From: an uncultured Nitrososphaerota archaeon
Lineage (GTDB): Archaea; Thermoproteota; Nitrososphaeria; Nitrososphaerales; CADDZS01
Reading direction: 5' to 3'
DNA length: 64,000 bases
Assembly (NCBI GenBank): GCA_963799845.1
Contig: CAWCYI010000004.1
Span: 672,001 to 736,000, forward strand
This document shows positions 48,264 to 59,651 of the stretch, piece after piece (the stretch's first letter is position 1; every line of letters begins with the position of its first letter). Below the pieces are notes generated by a model, which did no database searches, had not been told where the DNA came from, and saw only the letters and a list, made by a program, of their open reading frames with translations. The translations under genes and the position numbers were made by a program.

Positions 48264-51239
48264 GATCTTCTTCTACCTTCGGCATGGTTTGCGGTTGTTC
48301 AAACCGGCGTCCAAGCATTTTCTTCAGGAATTGTCCGGTGTAAGATTGGTCTACCGTTGCAACTTCCTCGGGTGTTCCCTCCGCCACCACCAAACCACCG
48401 CGCTCTCCGCCCTCCGGCCCAGATCTATGATCCAGTCGGCAGTTTTGATAACATCTAGATTGTGTTCAATTACGATTACGCTGTTTCCCGCATCGGTCAG
48501 TCTTTGAAGCACGATAAGCAATTTCTTGATGTCTTCGAAATGCAGTCCCGTCGTCGGTTCGTCCAGCAGATAAAGTGTCTTGCCGGTGGGTCTCTTGGAT
48601 AGCTCCGAGGCAAGCTTTACTCTCTGAGCTTCGCCACCGGAAAGTGTCGTCGCGGATTGACCCAGTTGAACGTAACCCAGCCCCACGTCGTTTAGCGTTT
48701 CGAGTTTTCTCCTGACTCTTGGAATGTTCTCGAAGAATTGCAGCCCCTCTTCTACCGTCATTTCAAGTACTTCGGAAATGTTCTTGCCCTTGTATCTAAT
48801 TTCGAGCGTTTCCCTGTTGTACCTCTTCCCCTTGCAAACCTCACACGGGACATAAACATCAGGCAGGAAGTGCATCTCGAGGCGGATTATCCCGTCTCCC
48901 TCGCACGCCTCACACCTGCCCCCTTTGACGTTGAAGCTGAATCTGCCGGGTTTGTACCCGCGGGCTATCGAATCTGGAAGCTTCGTGAAAAGATCCCTGA
49001 CATCGGTGAAGAGCCCAACGTATGTTGCCGGGTTTGATCTCGGAGTTCTTCCAATCGGTGATTGATCTATGATGATTGCCTTGTCGATGTGCTCCGTTCC
49101 CAGTATCTTGTCATGCAAACCGGGTTTATCCCTAGAGGAGTACAGCTGTTGCGCCAAAGACCTGTACAGAATGTCGTTAACCAATGAACTTTTTCCGGAG
49201 CCCGAGACACCCGTGATGCAAGTGAAAATGCCGAGCGGAAACGTGACATCGATGTTTTGTAGATTATTCTCCTTTGCTCCCTTTATGACTAGATAACGGG
49301 AGGAGTGGGTTCTCCTCCTATCTGGAACTGGAATTGTCCTCGCTCCGGAAAGGTACTGACCGGTAATCGATTCCGGATTTTTTGCGATTTCATCTGGCGT
49401 GCCGGTCGCTACAACAAATCCCCCGTGAACTCCGGCACCAGGGCCGAGGTCCACGACAAAGTCAGACTCCAGAATTGTTTCCTCATCATGTTCAACAACA
49501 AGCACGGTGTTGCCAATGTCTCTCAGTGCTTTCAAAGTAGCGATCAACTTCTTGTTATCACGCTGGTGTAGACCGATCGATGGTTCATCCAGAATGTATA
49601 GGACCCCGACGAGGCTTGATCCGATCTGGGTTGCAAGCTGAATACGCTGGGCCTCCCCGCCAGAAAGACTGGCCGCTGGTCGGTCGAGAGTCAAATAATC
49701 CAGGCCGACGTTCATGAGGAAGGTAAGACGGGCCCTAATTTCCTTCAAGATTTGGGCCGAAATTATTTTCTCTTTTTCATTGAGTTCCAGATTCGTGAAG
49801 AACTGGATCGCTTGTCGAACAGAAAGTCTTGACACCTCAGAGATGGATTTCTCGTTCACAGTCACGGCCAAGATCTCCGGTTTGAATCTCTCGCCGTTGC
49901 ACGATGGACACTTCTGGTTACTCATGTATCGCGAATACCAGTCCTTCATATATTCGGATTCGGTTTCCATGTACCTCCTTTCGAGTTGGGGCAGTATTCC
50001 CTCCCATTCGTAGCCGTGGTACCATCCATGAAATCTGGACGGCTTGGGTCGCGGAATGTTCTCTTCAGGATTGGAACCGTAAAGCAGGATTCTCAACTCC
50101 TCTTTCCGAAGCCTATTGATTGGAGTGTTCAGCCTGAACCCGTAGCGTCTGCCCACCGATTCCAGATGCTGCATCGACCAGCTGTCCGTGCTTCCCATCG
50201 TAACGATCGCGCCGTCTAGAACCGACAGTGACTTGTCTGGAATCACAAGGTCAGGATCCATGTTCAGCAGATATCCGAGGCCGAGGCATTGCTTGCAAGC
50301 TCCGAATGGGCTGTTGAAGGAGAACATTCGAGGAGACAGTTCTTCAAGAGAAAAGCCGCAGGTAGGGCAGGCCATGGCTTCGCTCAGGACTACCTCCTTT
50401 GTCTTATCCTCGTTCACGTCAAAGACAATCGTCCCCTTCGACAGGCTGAGGGATGTCTGGATCGAGTCCGCGAGCCTCTTTTCGATTCCCGGCTTAACTA
50501 CGAGCCGATCTATAACGACTTCAATCGTGTGTTTTTTGTTTTTCTCGGGCGCAAGTTTGTCTTCCGGATCATCCAGGCCGTGAATCTTTCCGTCTACTCT
50601 TACTCTCGAGTACCCCTGCTTGCTCAGGTTCTTGAAAACGTCTTTGTGCTCTCCCTTCTGCGCCTTGATGACAGGGGCCAGCACCTGAATCTTAGTGCCC
50701 TCCTTCAGCTTCATTATCTGATCGACCATCTGCTCGACCGTCTGCTTCGCGATTATCTTGTGACAATTGGGGCAATGCGGAATGCCGATCCTCGCAAACA
50801 TGAGCCGGAGATAGTCGTGGATCTCAGTAACGGTTGCAACAGTGGATCGAGGATTTTTCGCCGCAGTCCTCTGTTCAATTGAAATTGCGGGAGACAGACC
50901 CTCTATGTAATCCACGTCCGGCTTGTCCATCTGCCCGAGGAATTGCCTCGCATAAGCGGAAAGGGATTCGATGTACCTCCGCTGTCCTTCAGCGTAAATA
51001 GTGTCGAAGGCAAGCGAGGATTTGCCAGAGCCTGACAGGCCAGTCAGGACAACGAACCGATCCCGAGGTATGTCCAGGTTGATGTTCTTCAGATTGTGCT
51101 GGCGTGCACCACGGATCACAATTTTATCTTTTGATCTCTTTACATTGAATTCGTCGCCGGGAATTTCGTTTTGCAAAAAAAGCTCATCTCCAATCGAAAA
51201 TTGTCCTGAAGAGTCAAAGACGAAGCTTTCACAGCTCAA
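48217..51239 (-). CDS. uvrA: Excinuclease ABC subunit A (frameshift near 48415; start may be TTG 51176)
   Basis: [27 protein letters not shown] twice. Restoring one base gives [11 protein letters not shown]...SYTGQFLKK and a stop at 48217. Confidence 0.96.
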
Positions 51240-51310
51240 TTAACTGTTTCCATGAAGATTTCTTGACGGGTCTAGAACACCCTAGAAAAAACATCCATAC
51301 CCGAATCCTG

Positions 51311-52204
51311 TCAGATGGTAATATGAAATACCGACTGTATGAGCAAGCCGAACAAGAACAGTGCTGCGCTCGCTCCCAACATGATGCCCGCGAGTTCGCC
51401 AAAGTCCCGGAGAAAGCGACCTTGGGATACAATGGAGTTGTAATAGGTGATAAACGCGATTATGAAAATCGCCAAGACAATCGATATGCTGATTGCGATT
51501 ATCTGAGTCTTGGTGAAAAAATATGGGGCTGCGAGGATTATCGCGCTGACAAAGTACGAAACACCTGTGAAAATTGCAGAGATCGTTGCAGAGCCCTGAA
51601 ACCCCTGCTTAGCCTGTGCGTATGCGGCCGAGGCCATTGCAATCGATGCAGACGCTCCCGCGACGATTCCGGCAAGACCAGTGATCTCGGTGGAATGATA
51701 AATCCCCAGGGAGCCAGCGTGAATGCCGGAGATTTCGACGATGGCGTCCGCCAGTCCCAGGATAATGAAAGAAATGTACTTCAGATACCGCCCTTGCAAT
51801 TGCTCCATGAAGGCATTCTCGTGTTCTTCCTCGTCCCTGACCATCTCGTCAAAGTCTCTCTGGTCGGCCTCTGGGATCGAACTCTTGACCGACTTGTATC
51901 TCTTGATGACCGTGGTCTCGTGTTTTTCGAGGTACTTGATCGCAAACGTGTTACCGAAAATTAATCTAAGGCATAGAGTCAAGTAGAGCGTCCATTTGCT
52001 CACCGAAACCTTGGTATCGGGAGAGTATTTTTTCCAAAATTCGTAATGTTTGTATTCCGTTTTCGAAAGGGTGGTCAATATTTCCTTCAGCTTAGGATCT
52101 TTCGTTCTTGGGCTCTCCGAAAGGCGCTTGTAGACCATGTAGTCGGTGTACTCGTCATCGGCGCTTTCTCTGGCTACTTCTGAAAGACTAATCGAGGAGG
52201 CCAA
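51311..52204 (-). CDS. VIT1/CCC1 iron transporter with an N-terminal ferritin/rubrerythrin-like domain
   Basis: E..H diiron motifs (EYKH, EEEHE), ILGLADAIVE, SIAMASAAY. Confidence 0.88.
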   Translation of the reverse strand: MASSISLSEVARESADDEYTDYMVYKRLSESPRTKDPKLKEILTTLSKTEYKHYEFWKKYSPDTKVSVSKWTLYLTLCLRLIFGNTFAIKYLEKHETTVIKRYKSVKSSIPEADQRDFDEMVRDEEEHENAFMEQLQGRYLKYISFIILGLADAIVEISGIHAGSLGIYHSTEITGLAGIVAGASASIAMASAAYAQAKQGFQGSATISAIFTGVSYFVSAIILAAPYFFTKTQIIAISISIVLAIFIIAFITYYNSIVSQGRFLRDFGELAGIMLGASAALFLFGLLIQSVFHITI

Positions 52205-52305
52205 GTTTTGATCTGCTTCCGAAGATAGTATTCTATCTCATGCCGTTGTTTATCTGTTTTGTCTCGATTTAATCAATAGAGGATTCGAGTTTCCGTTGAA
52301 GATGA

Positions 52306-54303
52306 CTATGCTTTTTCGCCCTTCAGAAGCGCCCTGATCCTGTCCCTGATCCGCGCTGCAACTTCGAACTCGAGATTGTTAGCGGCCATTTTCATCTGTT
52401 CTTCGAGCTCCGAAATCATCCTGGGAAATTCGGGAGACTCTTTGGTAATTCGCGAGCTCGAGAGTTCTTCCTCGATCTCTTCGGCCTCGGCAAGGAGTGC
52501 GCGTATCTCTTTCCTAACCGTTTCGGGAGTTATGTTGTTCGCTTTATTGTACTGGACTTGAATGGCTCTTCTCCTGTCCGTCTCGTCAATTGCGCGCTTC
52601 ATCGAGTCGGTGATCTTGTCGCCGTACATTATTACCTGACCGGCTGCGTTCCTCGCCGCCCTCCCGATCGTCTGGATCAGAGCAACATCAGACCGAAGAT
52701 AACCCTCCTTGTCCGCATCGAGAATCGCGACAAGGCTGACCTCAGGCAGGTCCAGTCCCTCTCTCAGAAGGTTGATTCCTACGAGCACGTCGTATTTGCC
52801 CAGCCTGAGATCGCGCAAGAGTTCTATTCGCTTCAGAGTTTCCACCTCGGAATGAATGTACCTCACGCTAATTTTCAGGTCTTCCAAGTATTCGGCAAGA
52901 TCTTCGGCCATGCGCTTCGTCAGCGTTGTGACCAGCACCCTTTCCTTTTTCTCAACACGCTTTCTAATTTCTTTGATCAGATCGTCGATCTGGTTCTGCG
53001 CGGGTCTGACAATGATTTCCGGGTCAATCAGGCCGGTTGGTCTGATTATCTGTTCCACGACCTGTTCTGCCCTTGACATCTCGTAAGGCCCGGGAGTAGC
53101 CGAAGTGTAAATTATCTGGTTCATCTTTAGGGCGAACTCTGAAAAGTAAAGCGGGCGGTTATCGAAAGCAGAAGGAAGCCTGAACCCGTAATCCACCAAA
53201 TTTTCTTTTCGCGAACGATCTCCCTCGTACATTCCCCTGACCTGAGGAATCGCCATGTGGCTTTCATCTATGAACGTGATATAGTCGTCCGGAAAGTAGT
53301 CAATTAGGCAATATGGAGTATCTCCGGGTTGCCTTCCAGTAAAGTAGCGCGAATAGTTCTCCACCCCGGTGCAGTATCCTGTTTCTCGCAGCATCTCCAT
53401 GTCAAATTTCGTTCTCTGCTCTAATCGCTGCGCTTCGACCAGTTTTCCCGCGCCTCTCAGTTCCTGGAGTCGAGAGTCGAGCTCACTTTCGATTTCCCGG
53501 ATCGTCCCATCCAGACGGTCTCCAACTACGGTGTACTCCGTGGCGGGATAGATTATTGCCTCATTTCTCTTTCTGATAGCTTTTCCGGTTAGAGCGTCGA
53601 TCTCTATTATCTTCTCGACCTCCTCTCCAAAGAAATCGACCTTGATGATGTTCTCGCTCGCCGTTGCAATTTCCAGTGTGTCTCCCTTTACACGGAATTT
53701 ACCTCGCGAAAGCTGGAAATCGTTTCTCTGATACCTAATTGCAACGAGCTTTCTCAGTAAGACATCCCGGTCGATAGATTGCCCCGGAAAAATTCCAATT
53801 ACATTATCTCTAAAGTCGTCAGGCGCTCCCAAACCATAGATGCAACTCACACTCGCGACCACGATTACATCTCGCCTGGATACCAGCGCCTGCATTGCCC
53901 GTTGTCTCAGGGTCTGAAGGTCTTCGTTGATCGATGTGTCTTTCTCGATGTAAAGATCCTGCTGAGGAACGTAGGCTTCCGGTTGGTAGTAGTCATAGTA
54001 ACTTACGAAATACTCGACAGCGTTATGGGGAAAGAATGCTCTAAATTCACTCGTGAGTTGTGCGGCGAGAGTCTTGTTGGGTGACATTACAAGCGCCGGC
54101 CTTTGAAGCCTCTGTATAACATGCGCCATCGTAAGTGTCTTTCCAGTACCAGTCGCTCCGAGGAGAACCTGATGTTTTAGCCCTCTGAGTACGCCGTCGG
54201 TCAGTTTGTCGATAGCCTGCGGCTGATCGCCCTTGGGAGTATATTCGTTGCTGATTTCAAACCTTCCGGCTTTTTTGGATTGAACGTTCAGCGTCGAGGT
54301 CAA
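52306..54303 (-). CDS. uvrB: Excinuclease ABC subunit B
   Basis: GATGTGKT, YYDYYQPEAY, DESH, NLLREGLDLPEV, UVR domain. Confidence 0.98.
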   Translation of the reverse strand: MTSTLNVQSKKAGRFEISNEYTPKGDQPQAIDKLTDGVLRGLKHQVLLGATGTGKTLTMAHVIQRLQRPALVMSPNKTLAAQLTSEFRAFFPHNAVEYFVSYYDYYQPEAYVPQQDLYIEKDTSINEDLQTLRQRAMQALVSRRDVIVVASVSCIYGLGAPDDFRDNVIGIFPGQSIDRDVLLRKLVAIRYQRNDFQLSRGKFRVKGDTLEIATASENIIKVDFFGEEVEKIIEIDALTGKAIRKRNEAIIYPATEYTVVGDRLDGTIREIESELDSRLQELRGAGKLVEAQRLEQRTKFDMEMLRETGYCTGVENYSRYFTGRQPGDTPYCLIDYFPDDYITFIDESHMAIPQVRGMYEGDRSRKENLVDYGFRLPSAFDNRPLYFSEFALKMNQIIYTSATPGPYEMSRAEQVVEQIIRPTGLIDPEIIVRPAQNQIDDLIKEIRKRVEKKERVLVTTLTKRMAEDLAEYLEDLKISVRYIHSEVETLKRIELLRDLRLGKYDVLVGINLLREGLDLPEVSLVAILDADKEGYLRSDVALIQTIGRAARNAAGQVIMYGDKITDSMKRAIDETDRRRAIQVQYNKANNITPETVRKEIRALLAEAEEIEEELSSSRITKESPEFPRMISELEEQMKMAANNLEFEVAARIRDRIRALLKGEKA

Positions 54304-54309
54304 ACTATA

Positions 54310-54774
54310 TCAACTCGCGCTCTGTTTCTTCGGTTCTTCCGGATACTTTATGGGGCGGCCCTCCGAAACGTCTTTGATTCTTTGGAGTGCGTCCCTTGTT
54401 CCTTTCCTAACGTGGCGCTGAATGAAGGGGGTTGCAAACCAGTAGATTCCGGTAAAGTGGACGTTCCACATGGCCACAAGTTTCTGTCGATTCTCGCCAA
54501 GAGTTTCCAATCTCAGAAATTTCACTCCCTCGGTCAGACCGTTGAGGTACTGAATCTCAATTTCAGTTCTCGGTCGCAGGATGATCTTCTGTTTTATGGC
54601 GTGTTTGCGAAAATTCTGGTAGATTTCGCGGTCAATGATGTTTCCCTCTTTAGAGAGATTCCTAACCTCCCTCGTGCCCCACCAGTACTCCGGTTCGTTG
54701 TCGAGATCAGAAATGACATCCCAAACTCTATCACTGGGAGCATCAATTTCGATCGATTCTTCGATTTTCGGCAC
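54310..54774 (-). CDS. SRPBCC/START-like protein
   Basis: IEESIEIDAPSDRVWDVISD...PEYW...ALQRIK. Confidence 0.85.
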   Translation of the reverse strand: MPKIEESIEIDAPSDRVWDVISDLDNEPEYWWGTREVRNLSKEGNIIDREIYQNFRKHAIKQKIILRPRTEIEIQYLNGLTEGVKFLRLETLGENRQKLVAMWNVHFTGIYWFATPFIQRHVRKGTRDALQRIKDVSEGRPIKYPEEPKKQSAS

Positions 54775-54875
54775 TTTCCTCGTCGATCAAGGTCTGGAAA
54801 CAATCAGAAAAACCCTTTGCTTGTCAAAAGTCATGGCTGAAAATCGACTACTGATTTTAAAGGCCACATCGAAAA

Positions 54876-55388
54876 GTGTGTGAGGGAATATTGAACTCGA
54901 CTAGTAAGGGAAGTTCTTCGGCGGAAGGCCATTCACGTGAACGTTCTCGCATGTCCGTGCCTGTAGTAGACATTGTAGTCAGGAAAGGTGGCAAGATACT
55001 GCTGGAGCAAAGGGGAAAACCTCCGTTCGAAGAGATGCGTTGTCTCCCGGGCGGCCATGTCGAATATGGTGAGACCGTCGAGGAGACCGCGCTGCGGGAA
55101 TTGAAGGAAGAGACCTCTATTGATGCTAAACTAGTCGGAATTTTAGGAGTATTCAGCGATCCGAACAGAGATCCTAGAGGGCAAAGGATTAGCACCGTCT
55201 TTGTAGCCGACTGGACGAGTGGTAAACCGATCGGAGCCGATGATGCAAAAAGTGCAGAGTGGTTCGACGAATCAGATTTACGAAACCCTTCGTTCCAGCT
55301 AGCCTTTGACCACGCACTCATTCTCCGGGATTACTTCAAGTGGAAAGATTCGCAATCGGAAACTTTCTGGTCTTCGAAAAAAGACTAG
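54876..55388 (+). CDS. NUDIX hydrolase (start may be ATG 54951)
   Basis: PGGHVEYGETVEETALRELKEET, RDPRG, LAFDH. Confidence 0.93.
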   Translation: MCEGILNSTSKGSSSAEGHSRERSRMSVPVVDIVVRKGGKILLEQRGKPPFEEMRCLPGGHVEYGETVEETALRELKEETSIDAKLVGILGVFSDPNRDPRGQRISTVFVADWTSGKPIGADDAKSAEWFDESDLRNPSFQLAFDHALILRDYFKWKDSQSETFWSSKKD

Positions 55389-56209
55389 ATCCTTTCCGCG
55401 GAAACCCACATTTCCTCGATTGAACCTTTAGTCGATCTTGCAAACGAAGTATTTCTCACCCAAATGGCTATTGCGTGATTGAGTTCTTCGGAAAGGGGAT
55501 CGGGAACTCCGATTATAACATCGTCAAGGTCCGTAATCATCATGTCAAACATTATGTTGTCAGATTTACGGATCTCCACGTTTGCTCTTTTCGCTTCCTG
55601 AAGATCCTCTTTCGTTATCTTGACGCTTTTTGGGGCGATTATCCTGATTCGCTTGTTGCCGGACTCCTTGTTTGCAAATTCGAGCAAGATTGGGATGAAG
55701 AACTCCCTTGCTTCCACGGCTCTCTTTGCAACCAGAATGACATCGTGGGAATCCTCCAAGAGCTCTGCGAATTTGTTTGCGATCGTGTTGAAGCCTTTCA
55801 GCACAGAAATCTCTGACGAGCCAGTTTCTTCGCTCTGTGCGGGGGTATTCTCCAGAATCGTAATCAAACGTTCTTCCGCTTCCCTCCGTCTCTTTTGTTC
55901 GTCCGAAAATTGGACTTCGAATTGTCTTGCCCTGCCGTTAAGCGCCTGTCTTGGCGGAAGAGCCAGAAAATTCTCGTCCTGCTTTATTATGAAGCCCTTT
56001 GACATCAAACTCTCGATTGTGTCGTAAACTCGCGGAAGAGGAACATTCGCGCTGGATGCGAGTTGCTTTGAGTTTTGCCTTCCCAGCCTCAGGAGTGAGA
56101 TATATGCTCTCGCTTCATAGCCGGAAAGTTTGAAGTTCTCCTTCAGAGAGCTTTCAATTTCTTGGAGTGACTGTGATTCTCTGCTCAATCGAAGATTTCT
56201 ACCCGGCAA
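55385..56209 (-). CDS. TrmB family transcriptional regulator
   Basis: LSGYEARAYISLL...NVPLPRVYDTIESL..KG winged HTH plus a C-terminal sensing domain. Confidence 0.9.
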   Translation of the reverse strand: MPGRNLRLSRESQSLQEIESSLKENFKLSGYEARAYISLLRLGRQNSKQLASSANVPLPRVYDTIESLMSKGFIIKQDENFLALPPRQALNGRARQFEVQFSDEQKRRREAEERLITILENTPAQSEETGSSEISVLKGFNTIANKFAELLEDSHDVILVAKRAVEAREFFIPILLEFANKESGNKRIRIIAPKSVKITKEDLQEAKRANVEIRKSDNIMFDMMITDLDDVIIGVPDPLSEELNHAIAIWVRNTSFARSTKGSIEEMWVSAERI

Positions 56210-57503
56210 TTTTTGCAGTTGGTAAGCGGAGATCTCTATCCTCCACGGGGCCGGCAGCTACAACCGACAACTTATCAGGACTAATGAATTTCTGAAAGCT
56301 GTGGAGGATCTCCTCGCCGGATATCCGCGCGAGAATTCCCGGATACCTTTCCAAATAATCTAGACCCAGATTGTCGTACTCGATGTCGTGAATTATCCCA
56401 ACCCTTTCTGAGGAAGTATCAAGCGATATGGAAAGCGAGCCGATGGAGTTTCTCTTCGCGGTTTCAAGTTCTTTTTCGGAAATCGGTTGGGTCGTGATTT
56501 TCGTAACTTCTTCGGTTATCCCTTCCACTGCCTTCTCCAGGTTTGCAGGGTTAACGCCCGCAAAGATCCCGAAGAACCCGGAGAATAACTTCCCCTGCAA
56601 CGCGCTGAAACTGTAGTACGCCAAGCCCCTTTCCTCTCGAATGTTTTTCCCCAATCGTCCATAAAGACCCAATCTGCCCAGGATGAGGTTTCCGAGGTTC
56701 AGGGAATAGTAGTACTGCGAAGATCTCGGGACTGCCTTGGTCCCAATCGCAAGATCGACCTGACTCTTGTGTTTCAGATCAACAACCGATACTTTTGGAT
56801 TATTAGGCGCCGTTTCTTGATACGAGATCTTCGACTTTTTATCTCCATTCCAGCTTGAGAATATTTTTCCGAGCTTTTCTTTGACGCGATCGTAATCGTA
56901 ACCACCCGTTATTGCGAAGATGACGCGGTCTGGAAAATAATTCTCTTCATGAAAGTGAACCAGATCCTCTCTCGTCAGCCTGTTCAAATCGTCTGGGATT
57001 CCCAGAGAATCGCGCCCATAAGGCTCGGCGCGTCCAAAAATTAGTTCGAGCAGCCTTCTGTAAGCAGAAGACCTTGTGTCATCACTCTGCGCCTTGATTT
57101 CCGAAAGAATCTCGTTTCGAGAGAGTGCTATCTCAGTCTGGGGAAACGAAGGCTGCATCAGACAATCTCCCAGAATTTCCAGAACATTGTCCAAGACTCC
57201 GTAGTAGCATCTCGAAGAAAAATAGACCGACTCGTCCCTGTTATCGAAGCTGAGAGTTGCGCCGGACTCCTCGATTTTCTGAGATATCTCGGCACCGGTA
57301 CGCGTTTTTGTTCCCCTCATGAGCGATCTTGAGACCAGTTCTGCCGTCCCGAAACGACCTTTTTCGTCGCAGATTGCGCCTGATTTTATGCTACCCGAAA
57401 TCGCGACCGTTTCGCTGTCGCTAATTTCATTGCTCAGCAGGACGAATCCGTTCTCGAAAACTTCCCGTTTCAGTTCCAGGTTGTTGAGTCTCTTCTCGGA
57501 CAA
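56199..57503 (-). CDS. M16 peptidase, non-catalytic subunit
   Basis: GTAELVSRSLMRGT (no HxxEH), IREERGLAY. Confidence 0.9.
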   Translation of the reverse strand: MSEKRLNNLELKREVFENGFVLLSNEISDSETVAISGSIKSGAICDEKGRFGTAELVSRSLMRGTKTRTGAEISQKIEESGATLSFDNRDESVYFSSRCYYGVLDNVLEILGDCLMQPSFPQTEIALSRNEILSEIKAQSDDTRSSAYRRLLELIFGRAEPYGRDSLGIPDDLNRLTREDLVHFHEENYFPDRVIFAITGGYDYDRVKEKLGKIFSSWNGDKKSKISYQETAPNNPKVSVVDLKHKSQVDLAIGTKAVPRSSQYYYSLNLGNLILGRLGLYGRLGKNIREERGLAYYSFSALQGKLFSGFFGIFAGVNPANLEKAVEGITEEVTKITTQPISEKELETAKRNSIGSLSISLDTSSERVGIIHDIEYDNLGLDYLERYPGILARISGEEILHSFQKFISPDKLSVVAAGPVEDRDLRLPTAKIAG

Positions 57504-57506
57504 TTT

Positions 57507-58826
57507 TTACGCGCCCTGCTTTGATTCGTATTCCCCTACGACGCGGTTTGACTCGGTAAGATACTTTTTTGCGACTATCCTGACATCCTCGGCGCTTACT
57601 TTGAGGGACCGTTCTACCAACGTGTCAGATAAGCTCCGGTCTTTGATCCTTTCCATGAAACCTATCGAAAGAGCTTGCAGGCTGATGCCATCGTTTTCGT
57701 AAGCATGCCACGACCTGATCTGGTTGAAAGCTACTTTCATTTCGTCTTCGTTTGGCGGCACGTCGCGCGCCCGATCGATTTCGGAGAAGAATTCTTCTTT
57801 GGCCGTCCCCAACTTTACACCCGGATTGAGAGTTACGTCAAAGTAGAGCAGCGAGGGATCAACATTGACAGGGAAGTACGTGTTGACTTCGCTCGCTATG
57901 TTTCCTTGAACAAGTCTCTTGTAGAGTCGGTTTGTCTTTGGCACGAATCGATCGCCGAAAAAACCTATGAGCCCGCGCCATCCGCCCAGAACCGCAGAAA
58001 GTACAATCAACCCCGGGGCGTCTTCGTGAGTGATTTCAGGAATGTGATAAGCTAAGCCCAAATAATTTAGCATCCCGGGCTGGGCTACTTTCGTCGTTCG
58101 CTCACCTTTCTGCGGCAGTTCCTCGAAAGGAATTTTGTCCGGGATTTTCTCTCCGGCGGGGATTCTTGAGAAGAAACTCTTAACCTTGATAGCAGTTTCG
58201 CCGGCATCAAAATTTCCGCAGACCACGAGAATAGCGTTGCTTGGATGGTAATACTTCCTGTAGTGATCATACAGGTCGTCGCGGGTCATGTTTCTCAAGT
58301 CATTCTTCCAGCCCACAACGGGCCACATGTACGGATGCATGTGATATGCGGTCGCGTAGACCTCTTCCCTGACCAGATATTGGGGAAAATTCTCGCTTCC
58401 CTCCCTCTCGGAAATTATTACCTGTCTCTCGCTTTCTACTTCCTTCGGTTCAAAAGCAGCGTTCGCCATTCTTTCCGACTCGATGAAAAGACCCATGTCC
58501 AGCTTGTCTTTAGGCAGAACCTCGAAGTAGGCGGTGACGTCGTGATCGGTGAAGGCATTATTTCGACCGCCTTCACCACTGACGAGAGTGTGGACATCGC
58601 CCTTGCCGAGCTTTCCGCCACCCTTGAACAGCATGTGTTCGCACCAGTGTGAAGCACCCGTTATCCCTAGTCGCTCGTTTCTAGAACCTACCTCGTAGAA
58701 AATCCATGTCGTCACGGCACTAGAAATCGGCACCGGTTTCAGAAGAACCTGTAATCCATTTTCCAGCTTAAATTCCTGGATGCCGTCGGACAAGTTGAAC
58801 TTGCTCTGTAATTCTGTTGTCTCCAC
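57507..58826 (-). CDS. M16 zinc peptidase, catalytic subunit (probable GTG start 58826)
   Basis: LENGL, GASHWCEHMLFKG, NAFT, YHPSNA. Confidence 0.93.
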   Translation of the reverse strand: METTELQSKFNLSDGIQEFKLENGLQVLLKPVPISSAVTTWIFYEVGSRNERLGITGASHWCEHMLFKGGGKLGKGDVHTLVSGEGGRNNAFTDHDVTAYFEVLPKDKLDMGLFIESERMANAAFEPKEVESERQVIISEREGSENFPQYLVREEVYATAYHMHPYMWPVVGWKNDLRNMTRDDLYDHYRKYYHPSNAILVVCGNFDAGETAIKVKSFFSRIPAGEKIPDKIPFEELPQKGERTTKVAQPGMLNYLGLAYHIPEITHEDAPGLIVLSAVLGGWRGLIGFFGDRFVPKTNRLYKRLVQGNIASEVNTYFPVNVDPSLLYFDVTLNPGVKLGTAKEEFFSEIDRARDVPPNEDEMKVAFNQIRSWHAYENDGISLQALSIGFMERIKDRSLSDTLVERSLKVSAEDVRIVAKKYLTESNRVVGEYESKQGA

Positions 58827-58965
58827 TTGCCTTCCAATGAAATACCAAATTGGCAGGTATAATTCTGTTTCAGAGATTAACTGATGGAATAATCTCCATT
58901 CAATTGGTCTCGGCACAACTCTAAAAAGCTGGATTAGAATCGAGTGGCTCTGTCAAACCCAAGAA

Positions 58966-59517
58966 ATGCCGACTCTCGTTCCAAAGAAAATCTTCCTTAC
59001 CAAAGGTGTGGGCAGGCACAAAGAGCGGCTCGCCAGTTTCGAACTTGCATTGCGTGATGCCGGAATTGAAGCCTACAATCTCGTCACTGTGTCGAGTATA
59101 TTTCCTCCAAGGTGCAAGGTCATTCCCAAGAAGGAGGGAATCGCCGAACTCTCACCGGGTCAGATTCTATTCCTAGTACTCAGCAGGATTGCGACCAATG
59201 AGCCAAACAGGTTGATTGCGGCGTCGGTCGGACTGGCGATTCCCCAGGATCGCAACACATACGGGTACCTTTCAGAGCATGAAGATTACGGGGAGACGGA
59301 GGAAAAAGCGGGCGACTACGCCGAAGATCTTGCAGCCACGATGCTCGCTTCAACTCTCGGAATACCTTTCAATCCAGATCAGAGCTACGACGAGAAAAAA
59401 CAGAACTGGAAAATCTCCGGCAAGATCGTGAAGACGACTCACATAACACAATCTGCCGAGGGCGACAAGAACGGACTCTGGACTACTGTTATCGCAGCAG
59501 CAGTCTTGTTGACCTAA
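58966..59517 (+). CDS. pdaD: Pyruvoyl-dependent arginine decarboxylase
   Basis: [21 protein letters not shown] cleavage site, [15 protein letters not shown]. Confidence 0.95.
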   Translation: MPTLVPKKIFLTKGVGRHKERLASFELALRDAGIEAYNLVTVSSIFPPRCKVIPKKEGIAELSPGQILFLVLSRIATNEPNRLIAASVGLAIPQDRNTYGYLSEHEDYGETEEKAGDYAEDLAATMLASTLGIPFNPDQSYDEKKQNWKISGKIVKTTHITQSAEGDKNGLWTTVIAAAVLLT

Positions 59518-59651
59518 ATTCTCAAGACTTGCGCGGGTTGATAATAGTCCCGCTCGTTAACCGATCATGTGGGAAATATGCGAGCTGTAATGTGTGTCCT
59601 TCCCGAAAAGATGCAAAATGGCCGGAATTCGTGTCTGAAAAAAGACTGCCT

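Noticed and set aside
985-48420. Single-base frameshifts in the CAP gene (~988), ATP-grasp (~13649), flippase (~14485, ~15350), surface protein (~42270) and uvrA (~48415), considered as programmed frameshifting or phase variation
   Set aside because: They occur in short runs with no slippery heptamer or long tract, and the genes are otherwise intact. Sequencing or assembly indels are the simpler explanation; read mapping would decide.
51263-51964. Long antisense or alternative-frame ORFs (e.g. 233 aa opposite VIT1, 50289..50882, 54280..54840, 808..1224)
   Set aside because: They overlap well-supported genes and have no motifs, so they are shadow ORFs.
54310-54774. SRPBCC protein, considered as coxG
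   Set aside because: It lies 17 kb from the cox genes, is coupled to uvrB, and lacks the CoxG-typical CIPG-like N-terminal motif.
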